In this document: in pieces, positions 22,221-38,350 of the stretch
How positions within the stretch are numbered: position 1 is the stretch's first letter
Layout of the letters: each line of letters opens with the position of its first letter
Assembly (NCBI RefSeq): GCF_009914755.1
Contig: NC_060927.1
Length of the DNA: 64,000 nucleotides
DNA from: the human T2T-CHM13v2.0 reference genome, Homo sapiens
Reading direction: 5' to 3' (one strand)
Translations under genes and position numbers: made by a program
Notes under the pieces: generated by a model
What the model was told of the DNA's origin: nothing
Database searches by the model: none
Seen by the model: the letters and a program-made list of their open reading frames with translations, nothing else

Positions 22221-24389
22221 GTCAGACTATATTTTTTAAGAGAGTTAGTAACATTTAAAAATTTTTGGCTATTTGAAGATGGTACCTTATACTCTTAATA
22301 TTTAAATGTAATAATTTTATGGAGTATTAAGGGAAGGGATATCAAGTTAAAGAAAGCAGCAAAAATGAAAAGGAGATAGAAAGATAGAAGCTATGCTGTA
22401 GCATACACTTACCTTTCTGTATTCTTCTGTTCAACACTAAATACTTATAAATACACTTCCTCCACAAATTGTTGAGCACCCACAGAGAAGCATGTTGGCA
22501 AAGCAGACAGGGATTAGGGAATATTGAGAATGCAGAGGAAGCCCCTTGCTTACATTTCATCTTCTAAATTTATGACTTTAAAGCAATTGCCTAGGTTGAA
22601 CATTTCTAGCATGTGAACATAGAGTTACTGATATCAGCACATTTTCAAGTCTAGATTTTCCACTGATTTTTAAAATAAAAATATATTATATGTAAATATA
22701 TACTAAAATATATAGAAATAAATATATTATTATATATAAAAATAATATATTATTATAATAAATATATTTATTTCTATACAAAAAATATAATCAGGGAAAA
22801 ACTTTCCCACCTGATGTTATAATGTTATATGATCTTTGTAAAAAAAAAAAAAAAGCAATTAAGAGCCAGTAAAAACAAGGACAACAAAACACAATCTATA
22901 ATCCAATCCCTTAGTGATAACCACTCTGAACAATGGTGGTCATAGGACACCAATGGGTGCCTACCTAGTGTCTCCCTCATTCCATTCGTTTTTCCTAAAA
23001 TAATTCCTGTTTTATTTACGCATCCATCCCTCTCATAAGACTCTGGGAAAAGTGATCCCAGCTGCATTAAGGAGAGGTTGACAATCAGTATGTGTCATTT
23101 CCTTGCAGATGCTCCTGGCCCAGATGGAAGGGAAAGACTTAGAGTCAATGCTTGGGACAGAGTTTTTCTCCTTCACCTTCCTACTTAAGTAGAAAAAGCA
23201 AGCAAGTAGTGTGATTGCCTCTGGCACCATCTTGGGACCATGAGGGAAATCTTTTTAGGGGAACCCAATGGTCAAACAACAAATCAAAGACAGGGAGAGA
23301 ATCTGGATCGTTGAGGATTTCTTTGAGCTGCTGATGGTTGGGCCTGCCCTACATTTTGAGGCAGTAATTACCTTAATATCTAAAATGATGTGAATCAACA
23401 TCCTAACTATGGAGTTATATGTCTTTCCAGATATGATTGAGCATGGAGTTACATAAATATCCATTTGCATAATGTACTACATTCACATATATGCCATATA
23501 CATATGTAATATGTAAGTATACAAATATTAGTTCAGTTTTTTCATTTATAAGCGACACCACACAATGAACATTCTTGCACAAACATCTTTACATACTTGC
23601 CTTACTATTTCATTAGAATAAATCCTTAGAATTCATGGCTCTAGATTGAAATACATTTGTGTTTCAAATTTTGATACACAGCAGTAGATCCTCTTCCACA
23701 AATATTATACCAATTTACACTCCCAATAAAAATGTTTCCATCCTCACCAAACCCAGCTATTATTATTAATCCTCTAGTCTTCGTCAGTCTGGCCAGGGAA
23801 AATATGCCAATACTGCTTTGCATTTTTAAAATTGTTGATGAATTTCTGTGTCATATTTAAGTTTAGTAAGAGCTTTTTGGATATCATATATACATATCTA
23901 CTATGTTGAGTGTTTCAAATATTTTCTCCTCTGTTATCATTTGTCTTTTGATTTAGTTAATGAGATTTTATTCTGTACAGAAAGTTAAGTATCTTTCCTG
24001 CTGCATGTTGGGGTTTATGTGAAGCCATAGAAAATCCTGCTCTCCTTCAGAGTTTTTCCAGTGCTTTCAAACCACATCATAAATATTTGACACATTTGAA
24101 ATTAATTTTGAGGGAAAGAACAGTTAGAAATTCATCTTTATGTTTTAGCAATTATCTAACCAGTTGTCCAAATACCATTTACTGATTATCCTTAATTTGA
24201 ACACTTTTAAAATATGTACCACATTTCCCTGCATACTTTGGTTTAATTTTGGACTCCATTAGCTGCCATTGAACTATTTGTCTTTATCACTACTAGCAAC
24301 ATGCTATTTTAATTATCTTAGCTTTATAATATAGTTTTCCCCCCATAGGACAAAATACTTGCCACTTAAAAAAAAGTCTTGGCACCTCT

Positions 24390-24683
24390 CTTTCTGTCTC
24401 TCGACAAGGACTTGCTCTGTTGCCCAGGCTGGAGTGCAGCAGTGCAATCTTGGCTCACTGCAGCTTTGACCTCCTGGGCTCAAACCATCTTCCCACCTTA
24501 GCTTCTGGAGTAACTGGGACTACCGGCTCGTGGCCTCCAAGGCCAGCTAATTTTTGTGTTTTTTGCAGATACTGGGTCTCATTATGTTGCCTAAGCTGGT
24601 CTTGAACTCCTGGGCTTAAGTGATGCTCATACCTTGGCCTCTCAAAGTGCTAGGATTACAGGCCTGAACCACCCCGCCCAGCC
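24390..24683 (-). mobile_element. AluJ
   Basis: Diverged Alu consensus match. Confidence 0.9.
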
Positions 24684-24739
24684 TTAAATGGTATATTGTT
24701 TGTTATAGTAAAGCTATTGATGAAAAAAAAAAATCTTGT

Positions 24740-25025
24740 GGCTGGGTGCAGCGGCTCACGCCTGTAATCCCAGCACTTTGGGAGGCTGAGGCAGGTGGAG
24801 ATCAGCCAGAACAACACAGCAAAACCCCATCTCTACTAAAAATACAAAAATTAGCCAGACATGGTGGTGTGCCCTTGTGGTCCCAGCTACTCCAGAGGCT
24901 GAGGTGGGAGGATCACTTGAACCCAGAAGGGGAGGAGGTGCTTATAGTGAGCAAAAGGAGCAAAGGTCGTGCCACTGTACTCCAGCTTGGGCGACAGAGT
25001 GAGATCACGGCTGGAAAAAAAAAAA
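24740..25025 (+). mobile_element. Alu with internal left-arm deletion
   Basis: Alu consensus match missing the B-box segment. Confidence 0.9.
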
Positions 25026-25221
25026 GTTAATGACTACCTATCTGAGTTTTCTTTTGACTTTGAGTAGCTTTGCACTTGATTATTGTTTTATAACATCAAC
25101 TGCTTGGATATGAATATTTTCCTAAGATATGATCCATAGGGTATGATAATTTTCTTAGTTTTTTCATTTAATTCTTGAATATTGAACCATCACTCAAAAT
25201 CAGTGTGAAATCTTAGTGCTT

Positions 25222-25598
25222 ATGTTAGTCTGTTTGGTCTGCTATAATAAAATACCATAAATTGGGTAGCCTATAAACAATGGAAATGTATTGCTCATAG
25301 TTCTGAAGGCTAGGAAGTCCAAGGTCAAGGGATCAGCAGACTTAGTATCTCCTGAGGGTCTGATTTCTGGTTCATGAATGGTGCCCTCTATGGTAGGCTC
25401 CATTTGTCCTCACATGGTAGAAAGAAACAAGACAGCTCTCTGGGGCCTCTTCTGTAAACACTAATCCCCTTCATCTGGGCTCCACCCTCAAGAACTAACT
25501 ACCTCCCAAATGTTCCACCCCTAATATCACCATTATGTTGTAGACTAGGTTTCAACATATATAAATTTAGGGAGCATACAAATATTTATACTATAGCA
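25222..25598 (-). mobile_element. MaLR LTR (MLT1A/MST-like)
   Basis: tgctataataaaataccata...ttctgaaggctaggaagtccaaggtcaagg...tatagca. Confidence 0.8.
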
Positions 25599-25729
25599 CT
25601 GCTGCTGCTAATATCCTCCTCTTGTACCTGACTTTAGTGGGAATGCTTCTAGTGTTAAATCATCTAGCATGGTGCTAAATTTTGAATACGTGCACACACA
25701 CATACGCATCTATAAAATATAGGTAATTG

Positions 25730-26006
25730 GGCCAGGTGCAGTGGCTCATGCCTGTAATCCCAGCACTTTGGGAGGCTGAGGCAGGCAGATCATGAGGTCA
25801 GGAGTTCAAGACCAGCCTGACCAACATGGTGAAACCCCATCTCTACTAAAAATACAATAATCACCCGGTTGTGGTGGCACGTGCCTGTAATCCCAGCTAC
25901 TCAAGAGGCTGAGGCAGGAGAATCACTTGAACCCAGGAGGTGGAGGTTGCAGTGAGCCAAGATCACGCACTCCAGCCTGGGCGACAGAGCGAGACTCCGT
26001 CTCAAA

Positions 26007-26048
<42 letters not shown>
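25730..26048 (+). mobile_element. AluS with A-tail running into (TA)12
   Basis: Consensus match. Confidence 0.95.
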
Positions 26049-26054
<6 letters not shown>

Positions 26055-26165
26055 GTATTTAAAATACATGTGAATGCCTTTGAAAATATATATGTAGTGT
26101 ATGTATTTTGTGGACATATACAAAATTAAAGAATTCACAATTTATTCTTATTTTATCTGAGATAA

Positions 26166-26434
26166 TTTTTTTTTTTTTTTTTTTTTGAGACGGAATCGAG
26201 CTCTGTCACCCAGGCTAGAGGGCAGTGGCGTGATTTCAGCTCACTGCAACTTCCGCCTCCCGGGTTCAAGTGATTCTACTGCCTCAGCCCCTTGAGTAGC
26301 TGGGATTACAGGCACGTGCCACCACACCCGGCTGATTATTGTATTTTTAGTAGAGACGGGGTTTCACCATGTTGGCCAGGCTGGTATTGAACTCCTGACC
26401 TCAAGTGATCCACCCACCTCAGCGTCCCGAAGTG
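26166..26434 (-). mobile_element. AluS, 5'-truncated
   Basis: Consensus match. Confidence 0.92.
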
Positions 26435-26499
26435 GAAAATGTTGCATTTTTAAAAATATAAAATCTATTTGTTCAAATGAATTATTATTACTATTGTGA

Positions 26500-26769
<270 letters not shown>

Positions 26770-27155
26770 TACATCACTATTTATACGGTCTGTTTTCTCT
26801 TAGTTAGGTTTTGATAGCAATTGTGTGCTAATTTTGTAAAAATAATTTGGGAAATTTGTTTTATTTTCTATGAAATGACTTAAATACAAGTATCACTTCC
26901 ATAAGACTTTATGTGTGAAATGAATAGGGCCTGGAGATACTCTCAGCATATTAAAAAAATTTTTTTCTTCCGTTTATATTGGTCTATTTAATTATCAGAT
27001 TGTCAAATGTTTTAGCAGAGACGTATGCCAAAGTTGTGTATTATAGTAATCTATTTTACATAGTAATATAGTCAGTCATGTTTTATGTTTAGTCTTAATT
27101 CTGCCATCTTATTTTATGTTTTTACTTCTTTCTTGTTGCCTTTTTTGTTATATAG

Positions 27156-27531
<376 letters not shown>

Positions 27532-28905
27532 AGCTCTTCCATTAATAATTATTTTTTAATGGATTTAAACAATATAATGAGCCTAAAGAAATTTCCAGGC
27601 TAAGAAACAAAACAGCATGTATAAATCTCTACTGTGAAGAGAGGTTTATACATGAACCAGCTAGAATGTAAACATCATGACAGAATCGATACTGTCTGTA
27701 TCATTTACTGCTGTATCCTCAATGTTGGGCACAGAACCTCAGACATAGCAGATATGTGATAAATATAAATTGTTTGGGTAAATAAATTTATGCACTTCAC
27801 TGACTTTCACTTTTGAACTTTTGACAGCAGTCTTTGAGATTTAGGTACAAGTCCATTACATCAATGTTATATTCTTATGCTTTTCATTACGTTGTTTTCC
27901 CTTAAAAAAAAGAATATTTAAGACTCATTTCGTAACTCCAATTGCTATCATGATTTGCCATTATTTATAATTATATGAATTCTGATCTCAGTGCCAGTCT
28001 TTCTGTGTACTGTCCTCCGCACTTCCAACCTCTTTCGCATGCCGAGATTATGGTATTATACGAATTTTTCCAGAAAAGTTTTGCAGGTGATATTTTTCTT
28101 TTATCTTCTATAGTACTCAGGGTTTCCAGAGAAAGAGAACCAATAGGATATGTGTGCTTGTGTGTGTATGTGTGTAAGATATAGGAAGTAGAAGAACTAG
28201 GACCAAAAATAGAAGTTCCAAGGAAGCTGATTGAGCTGGAAGCATGAGTAAGTTTAAAAAACTTGATTTCACTGTCAGTTAGAATGTCCAATTCAATAGG
28301 ATCTCAAAGCTATATATTTCCAGGGATTACTCAGTGAGTCAGTCTTAAGTCCCTGCTTTGGTTGCCTGTGTTCATTACATTAAACAACATAAGAGGAAGG
28401 TCTTTGTACATATGGCACTAAGTAAACTGTAAACCAGAATTCAATTTTGAATTCTAGGAGATTTTTCTGGGATTGAACCATTTAAACAGTGCTAGGTCCC
28501 CTCGTTTAACACAAATTTGTGAAGGACTTCCTATATGCCAGGCTGTGTGCTAGCCCTGAGAATACCAAGGTTAATAAGGTTAGCTCCATGACTTTGAGGA
28601 GTATTGAATCTATTGGTTCTCTGTTCTCTAACATTGTCACTCTTACTAGAGAACTTCCAAACATTACTAGTAATACAAACTTAGCCAACCAAGGCAACAA
28701 TAAAAGCAAGATAATTTAATGTCAAAGAAAAAATCCCACTTTAAAAATGTTATCTAGAAAGAGTGAATGTTTTAGTTAAATAAAATAATTATTACTTATG
28801 GATTGATTGTTGCTTATTGATTTTACATGCCTAGTTCTTTAACGGTCTAGTGTTACAATTGCTGAACATAACAATTAAACTTGTGACTCTCAAGAAGAGG
28901 AATGA

Positions 28906-29218
28906 GGCTAGGCACAGTGGCTCATGCTTGTAATCTCAGTGTTTTGGAATTATGAAGAAGGAGTGTTGCTTGAGGCCAGGAGTTCAAGACCAGACTGGGC
29001 AACATAGAGAGACCCTATCTCAAAACAAACAAACAGACAAACAAAAAACCCAGAAAATAGCTAAGCACGGTGAAGCATGCCTATAATTCTAGCTATTCAA
29101 GCAGCTGAGGTGGGAGGATGGCTTGAGCCCAGGAGTTCGTGGTTATGGTGAGCTGTGATAAAACTACTGCACTCTAGGCTGTGCAACAGAGCAAGACCTT
29201 GTCTGTAGGGGAAAAAAA
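28906..29218 (+). mobile_element. AluJ
   Basis: Diverged dimer. Confidence 0.88.
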
Positions 29219-29267
29219 GAAGATGGGGGGAACAGATGTCACTTTAATCAATGTACTTCACTTGTAA

Positions 29268-29616
<349 letters not shown>

Positions 29617-30030
29617 GACAAAATACTTTTAACTACCTCCCTGTATGTAGGAGTTCATTGTATACACATTAATACAAAATGCTTATGGGAAAGAGGATAA
29701 TAAGTACCCCAAATTTATGAAAATGGTGACATTCCTCTCAGATTTTTCTTTCTAAACTTGAGGAAAGTGGCCAACTATTTTTCTTTTGAAGATTCTCAGA
29801 TGTTATAGAGTGTGACAACCAGAAGAGTAAAGCCATTTCCTCATTTAGAATCACTATTAAACTCTTATTTCTTTCCTCTTAAAAGCTTTATTGACGCAAA
29901 CCATAGAGGAAGAACCACAGAGGACATACCTGGGTTTTATTCTTATCCTCACAATGAACAATGGGCAAAATATAACTATTAGATGATGGACATTTAAACT
30001 ATTATTTACCTGTAAAGATACAGCCTTTCG

Positions 30031-30345
30031 GGCCGGGCACAGGGGCTCACGCCTGTAATCCCAGCACTTTGCAATGCCGAGGGGGGCAGATCATCTGAGC
30101 TCAGGAGTTGGAAATCAGGGTGGCCAACATGGCAAAACCGCATCTCTACTAAAAATACAAAAATTAGCTGGTCGTGGTGGCGGGTGCCTGTAATCCCACC
30201 TACCCAGGAGGCAGAGGAACAAGAATCACTTGATCACTTGATCCCGGGAGGCAGAAGGCAGAGGTTGCAGTAAGCTGAGATCGGGCCACTGCATGCCAGC
30301 CTGGGCAACCGAGCAAGACTCCCTCTCAAAAAAAAAAAAAAAAAA
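30031..30345 (+). mobile_element. AluS
   Basis: TSD agata(c/t)agcctttc; two internal micro-duplications. Confidence 0.95.
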
Positions 30346-31312
30346 TAGAGATATAGCCTTTCTGTCTGATAACAGGCCGCAAAGCGATCTGACAACATAT
30401 AACTGAAATGAGCGGTACTAAATCTAAATGATTTCTAAGCATTTAATTAAATTTTATAAAAATTGTATATACTTTTCCATAAACAAAGCCTCATATTTCT
30501 TTTTCCAGTCCAAAATAGTTAAAGTTACAAGATCATGCTTTTTGAAGACTGGGACAAAAATTTAAAGCAGCAATACAAATTTGAATATTTTGAACTGTTA
30601 CCACTTGGGAATTTATAAAAAGCAAACCAATCACTTTTTGATAACATTATTGGCTCTAAAGAAAAATGTAGAATACAATTAAAATATGTTTAAAAGAGTA
30701 ATGACAACACATAAACAGCACATATCTAAACTATTGGGGTGCAGCCAAAACTATAGCTATTGTAGGTCCTTTACATATAAATTTTAGAATTAGCTCATCA
30801 ATATCTATAAAGCTATGCCTTTAAATGAGTTTATAATACAAATTAAAAGGGGGAATAAATTAACTAGAAGTTTCAATGAATATTTTTTTAAAAATTATGC
30901 GTTTATGTGTATCCTCATTTATAGTTAGTAATTTCATTTTATCGTTGCTTTCTCTATTAAAAAATGCCTGCTGGGATTTTGATTGGAATTATATTGAATT
31001 TAATTCACATTTTAACAACATCAAAGAAAAAGGCAGAGTCTTTCTCAAAAGGCTCCAGCTTTTCCTCCAGTCTCAGAAGACTGAATTGGGAATTCTGCTC
31101 ATCACTGAAGCAATCTCTGCCTAAAGAGATGGAGGCACTCCGGGACCTGGGAAAGGCACACAAACAGCCTCACAAACTTAGGGCTGTAAGGAATGGGGAA
31201 GGGTAAAATGAATACTAGGGTGATAACAAACAACAATTCACTGCATAAGACATAAGCATAAGGATAGAGATACTGGGGAAGGGAACTGGCTTGCAAACTT
31301 GGAGACTCCTAA

Positions 31313-31622
<310 letters not shown>

Positions 31623-31626
31623 TGAA

Positions 31627-32880
31627 CATTCATTCATTCAACAACTAGTTATTGAACTCTTACTATGTGTCGTTGACTATTCTAAGTACTATGTTTATGG
31701 TAAGGAAGACAGACAAGTCTTTCCTTTGAAGAAATATATAAAAGGAGAGACAGAAAACAAACAAGTAAACAAATGTATATGGCAGTTTCAGACCATGAGG
31801 GGAGTGATGATGTGAATAATGCAGGGTGGTATGGAAAACTGCCTGGGAGAGCCACTATGGACAGGGAGCTCAGGGAAGACCACCCTGAGGAGTTACAGTC
31901 CATGAGTCTCAAATGATGCACCAGAGCCGGAATCAGAAGGAAGCGCATTCTCAGCACAGTGGCAGCAGGTAGAACAGCATTGAGGGGTAACAAGTTTAAC
32001 GTATTTCAGAACCTGACAAAGGATTGGTGTGGCTGAAAAATACCATGAGATAAGGTAGGTGAGAGAGGTGGGCAGGAGCCAATCGTACATGGCTTGGTGG
32101 ACCCTGAATAAGTATTTTACATTTTAATGTAAATATAGTCAGAAGCTATTAGAAGATTGTAAGCAGAGGAGAGATAAGATTTGTTTTATGGTCCAACAAT
32201 GATAGACTGGATTAAGAAAATGTGGCACATATACACCATGGAATACTATGCAGCCATAAAAAAGGATGAGTTCATGTCCTTTGTAGGGACATGGATGAAA
32301 TTGGAAATCATCATTCTCAGTAAACTATCACAAGAACAAAAAACCAAACACTGCATATTCTCACTCATAGGTGGGAATTGAACAATGAGAACATATGGAC
32401 ACAGGAAGGGGAACATCACGCTCTGGGGACTGTTGTGGGGTCGGGGGAGGGGGGAGGGATAGCTTTAGGAGATATACCTAATGCTAAATGATGAGTTAAT
32501 GGGTGCAGCACGCCAGCATGGCACATGTATACATATGTAACTAACCTGCACATTGTGCACATGTACCCTAAAACTTAAAGTATAATAATAATAAAATAAA
32601 ATTAAATTAAAACAAAACAAAACAAACAAACAAAAATTTTTACCAGGATATTAAAAGAAAAAAAAGATTTGTTTTGTGTTTTTAAATTATCCCTCTGGCT
32701 TTCATATAGAAAGGGAAGAACCAGGCAAGAATAAAAGCAAGGGAACTTGTTATGGAGCTTCTGCACTGGTCCAATCAAGAGATGAAAGTCGTTTGAGATT
32801 GAGGAGTTGCAATAAACATGAAGACCACTGGTTTCAAGCGATGTTTTGGTTAGAGAATGCTGGACTTATTGATTAGATGG
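31627..32880 (-). mobile_element. L2 3' region, interrupted by an L1PA fragment
   Basis: cattcattcattcaaca L2 terminus; L2-like sequence resumes after 32678. Confidence 0.7.
32191..32663 (+). mobile_element. 5'-truncated L1PA (ORF2 C-terminus, 3'UTR, tail)
   Basis: PTMIDWIKKMWHIYTMEYYAAIKKDEF; poly-G tract; TSD aagatttgtttt(a/g)tg. Confidence 0.95.
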
Positions 32881-33966
32881 GTGATATATATTTGGGATTG
32901 GGGTGGGACAGTGACTACAGATGGAACTTGAACTGGATCCTGTGCAGAGTCTTGAAATCTGCAGAAACTTTAGGGGATAAAAATAATGAGAGAGCCACCA
33001 CTAATGAGTATAGAGAAAAACTTCTTAATTAAATGATATTGGAAATCTAGGTTAGTGGTTGTTGGGAGGGGAGACTTCATTTTAAATCCATACCTTAAAT
33101 GACATGTAGAAATAAATTCCAGGTGACTTTAATGAGAAAAATGAAAAATAAGAATACATACTTGAATATTTATCATATTTTAAAGAGAGTGCTTATTTTC
33201 TAAATTTAGAAAAGATGTTTTTATAATTACCAAGGAAAAGATAGACAAATTTGACTGTAAAAATTAGAAAACTTCCATAATTCAAAAAGCCAGAAACCAA
33301 AATGAAATAGAACAGTGGAATAAGAAATACTCATAATAAATATTATATGGTAAAGAAGGGAATAATCATGTTATATTAAGTGATAATGAACAAAACTGCT
33401 TGTAAGAGAAAATAATACTCATAAAATTATATATAACTTGCTAGTAATTTAAGAATGCAATACAAAAATAGCAAAAACAAACCAGTGAGTAGCTTTTTTG
33501 CCTAACAGAAATAAACATTTTTAAAATGACAAAATCTAATGTTGGTGAAGGTATCAACTGTGGTGTCATAAATGGGTTTAATCCTTTGAGAACCAAATTT
33601 ACCCATGGGAATCAAAGACCACAAAAATATTAATATATTTTACCAAAATCTGAAGTTTGCCTCAGTAACCTCTCAACCCCATTCCCTTCAACACCTCTTC
33701 TCCAGCCAATGCAGTAGAAATATCTGTTTTTTTGAAATTCTCTGGGTTTCTAATTTTATCACTTAAATGTAACTATGTATAAGAAATGTATGCAAAATCA
33801 GGATAGGAATACCTAACTTTGAGAATTGTTGTGTTGCTTCAGTCCAATAGGTTTTTAAAAATGGCATACTGTTTAAATTTGAATTTAAATTAATTAACGT
33901 CAAGTTGAGTATCTTTTCATGTGTTTATTACCATTGCATTTCTTTTTTTAAAAAATCAACTATTTG

Positions 33967-34305
<339 letters not shown>

Positions 34306-35334
34306 ACTATTTGTAATTTTTAAAGTGGACAAAATCTTATTTTATTATTAATCACTAACAATTTTGTCATTGGACATTAATCATTCATAGTATTCATTAA
34401 AACACATTCATTTTGCTTAAAATGAGCCTTCTCAACTCTTATTACAGTTGGTTTCCTAGACCCATAGCTGGAACAAGTCAGTTACTGGGGTGTCAAAGAA
34501 ATCTTCAAAATTAAGGAGTGCTAAATCCTGATTGACTGGATTTGCTTGCAATGTGATTGGTCCTCACATCTATCAGTAATGCACAGAAGGGAAGGCTGGA
34601 GGATTTTTCTTCTGTTTACATATAACATAATTGCTTTTATTTGTTCTCAGACAATCTGTACTTTAGTGGATTTTCCCAGTGAAATGCTCAAATGTTTCAC
34701 AGAAGTATGGTTGAAAACACTCATATTTATATTGTAAAGTTGACAAATCCTTACAGGCATGAATGAGGTGGGAATTGTTTCCCAGTGCTTCCTTTTTGGC
34801 ATTCCCTATTTGGCCTGAGAGGTTGTAGATGGGGTCTCATAGTGCCTGGTTTATCTATTAGTCAAGATACCTTTAACTAAGACAGTGGCCCAAGATCCAT
34901 CTAGAAGAGCCACACTTAGTTGCTTCCCTAATTGTCAAGGAACATGCTAAGAATGGAAATGGGTGCAGGTAAGGATCAAAGTGGGAATGAAGTAAAGCCA
35001 TCTGGGTCTATTTCTGGGGCCATCTGGGTTGCCTTGTACTTTTCTTCTTGGATATTGGCCAAACGTCTGGAGAGTGATTTGGCTTAGCTGCAGTTAGAGG
35101 CAAGGGCTGGGGCAGACACTGCCACCTGGTTTCACATAAAAATATAACATATATCTTTTTAAGGTTTGAATAGAGTGCTAGGAATCTTGTTTTCTGGAGA
35201 GGAGCTCTCTCAAGGTCAGTGGCACAGTGTGTATGTTTGTGTACACGCACAGGGAAGAGGAGCGGTGGCAAAAAGCAGTCAGGAAATCTAATTAAGAGGC
35301 CAAAATGCAGAGAAAAGAGCACCTATCCATGCTC

Positions 35335-35495
35335 TATCACTTACTGGGTGACGTGGCCAGTTTTCTAACTTCTCTGTGTCTCAGTTTATCTGTAGAGATA
35401 ATAATTCCTACTTTATAAGGTTGTTGTGAAGATTAAATGAGCTAACTCCTGAGAAGGAACCTAACACATAGTAAGTCATCGATAAATGTTAGCAT
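35335..35495 (+). mobile_element. MIR
   Basis: ctctgtgtctcagtttatctgta...gttgtgaagattaaatgag. Confidence 0.7.
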
Positions 35496-36028
35496 CGCTG
35501 GGATTGCCATCTTTAAGAAGGTCTCTGAGGTCCATCTGGGATAGACTTTTTTTCTCTTAATTGAAATTCCTGAAGGTGGGTGTTCTCAGTTCTACGAACT
35601 TTCTTCAGCCAGACTGTTTTCCCAAAGCAAAAAGTAAATGCAGTTCACCTCATTTTTTCTTTCTCAAATATGGGGTTACACTTTATTTTGTGTTCTCCAG
35701 CTTTGTAAAACCCAGAGATCAGGTCACAGGGGTGAGATAGGCAATGAAGAGACACAACTGGTAAAATTCAAATGGATTATTTCTTCCCCCTTGGAAAAAA
35801 AAGAAGAAAAGTGCCCTCATTTTAACTTTTCTTTTATAAGATTGGTGGTGTCAGAACTGGAGGGGTAGTGCACCCTTTAGGGACTTTGGAGGAATGTGTT
35901 GTTGGTATTCAATATTTGGAAAGAGGAAGAGAAATGACACTGGGAATTAGAAGATACAGTGGGTCTTGGCACTGGGTTTTCTTGATTATAAGAGTAACCT
36001 CTCTTCATGGCTAAAAGAAAAAAAACCA

Positions 36029-36420
36029 TTGTCTGAGTTTCAGTTCCTTCAAAAGACAAAGACAAATGCAAATCATTTATTTGGGATATGATGGTACCAT
36101 TGGAAGGGAAGTGAGGGAATAGGACATGAAGTACAGGCAGCCAGTAAGGTTTGTACAATCAAGCAGTTACTACTGTGGTTAAGTAAAGCTCTGAAAGAAA
36201 GTGTAGGGCCTGGGCTGCAGAGCTATTGTATTGGAAGGGAGAAAGAACTGGGGTATTTATACACCAGCTGTCATCAGTCATTTGTTCAGGGATGCAACCA
36301 GTGAGCATTGTATTCCTGTCATTTCTGCCAGCTCTGTGGTTGGCAGTGTGGGCTCCAGCAGCAAGAAGTCCTCAGGCAAAGAAATGCAGGGGCTGGTAAG
36401 TGGAACTTGGGCCAGTGTGC
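36029..36420 (-). mobile_element. ERVL LTR16-like relic
   Basis: tgcaaatcatttatttggga terminal motif, also seen in the 61.2-61.6 kb element. Confidence 0.4.
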
Positions 36421-37197
36421 ACTGAAGTGGAGAGAGAGAGAAAGGCAAAATACATTGTATTCCCGATAAAGAGTAGCAAGCAAAATTACCTTTTATCCCA
36501 CAACACACTGGTAACACTGTGCTACCAGAGATAAACACTGGTAACATGTACTATAAATGTATTTCCTTCCAGTCTTTTTTCTTTTAATATGCCTATCTGG
36601 TTCTATTCTACTATTCTCTCTACAGCTTTCTATACATTCTTAGACATATTTTCGCAGATATGAATTAGAACCTAGCAGTGGTCTACCTGTAAAGTGGTAG
36701 GCCAGAATTTTCCTGGGGATTGAGAAATTGACTGGAAAAATCAGAATTACTCATTTATAGCCCAGGTCCATGGAGAAGAGTGGAGGTGGAACCAGGCAAG
36801 GAGGCAGGCAGCAGAAGACAGAGATGAAGAAGCCAGAGCCAGGGAAGACTGGCTGGAAAAAATTCTAACACATAACAGGAATAAACTCCACAGTTCCCTT
36901 TTCTTTGGTAGTTGTTTGGAAAAATCAGAAAGATCTACTAACCTCTGAATTATGGTGCAGTTTCTCCTTAGCTTGCTCACAAAATATAAAATCCCGATTG
37001 TGAGATGGTTTGGGGCAGTCAAAAAATTCTTGACTTAATAAAAGGACACCATCTTTACATTCATCAGGCAGGAAATGGAGGAGACCTCTCTAGGGTGGGT
37101 TAGGGTTAATAGTGAGTTCCAAGCCCAAGGTGTGGAACCAAATTTTTGAGGTCATCTTTTCAACCTCATGCTCCCACAGCCTTAAGAATGCTGGCTA

Positions 37198-37505
37198 GGC
37201 TGGGCACAGTGACTCATGCCTGTAATCCTAGCACTTTGGGAGGCTGAGGCAGGAGAATTTCTTGAGCTCAGGAGTTTGAGACCAGCCTGGGCAACATAGC
37301 AAAACCACATCTCTATAAAAAAGTACAAAAATTAGCTGGGCATGGTTGTGTGTACCTGTAGACCCAGCTACTTGGGGGGCTGAGGCAGGAGAATCACTTG
37401 AGCCCAGGAAGGTGAGGCTGCAGTGAGCCGTGTCCTTTCCATTGTCCTTTCCAGCCTGGGTGACAAAGTGAGACCCTGTCTCAAAAAAGAAAAAAAAAAA
37501 AAAAA
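37198..37505 (+). mobile_element. AluJ
   Basis: TSD aagaat(g/t)ctggcta. Confidence 0.92.
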
Positions 37506-37729
37506 GAATTCTGGCTAAATAGTAGATGGGTTTGCAGTTATTTTTTGTCTTTTTTTTAGGGGGGGACTGGACTAATTATTAAGTTAGAAGATCATGCAGT
37601 GTACCTCCAAAGGAAAAGGGTAAAGAGGCCAGTAGCATAGCAATTCACTTCAGTTTGAGTCTCACTTTGGAAATGATGACCCAATGAGAAAGACACGTTT
37701 AAGCTTTAAGAAATTTTGGGAACTAGTAG

Positions 37730-38350
37730 GCAAAATTTAATGAGAATGAGGATATTCACAGAGCCTAAATGTATCTCCACATAAGATATTTATTAATGGT
37801 AAGTATAACAAAGGCAACTTTACAGTAGAAAAACCTAGCTGACACTACCTCTTATCTAAGTCCTCAAAGTTAACAACATCAATCATGGGGAAAATAGATG
37901 TACATTCTGATATGATGCAGTGAGAAAGACAACACCACTTCTGTGGAATTCTGCCAAAACCACAAAAAGTGAAGCTAATCATGAAGAATCACTTGTCAAA
38001 TCCAAATGCAGGGACATTCTACAAAATAAATAGCCTGCACTTTTTGAAAAATGTCAAGGTCATAAAAGACAAGGATGATTGAGCAACTGTTTCAGACTGA
38101 AGGAGACTAAAAAGATACGGCAACTAAATCCAAGTTTTGATCCTGGACCATGTTTTATTTTTGTTACTTTTGAAATAAAGGGTATTAGTGAGACCATTGG
38201 GAAGATTTAAATAAGGTTTGTAGATTAGATAATCATATTTTATAAGTGTTAATTTTGCAATTTTGATAATTGTGCTGTGGTTATATTATACATAAATATT
38301 CTCAGTTTTAGGAATACACACTGACTTATTCAGGGTAAAAGAGCATAATT
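37730..38350 (+). mobile_element. L1MC-like 3' end
   Basis: tttacagtagaaaaacctagctgacactacct...gggacattctacaaaataa. Confidence 0.7.

Noticed and set aside
22670-22790. AT-only stretch
   Set aside because: Ordinary low-complexity DNA
35118-35134. Reverse CTCF-like motif
   Set aside because: Lacks the conserved CC at the 5' end of the core
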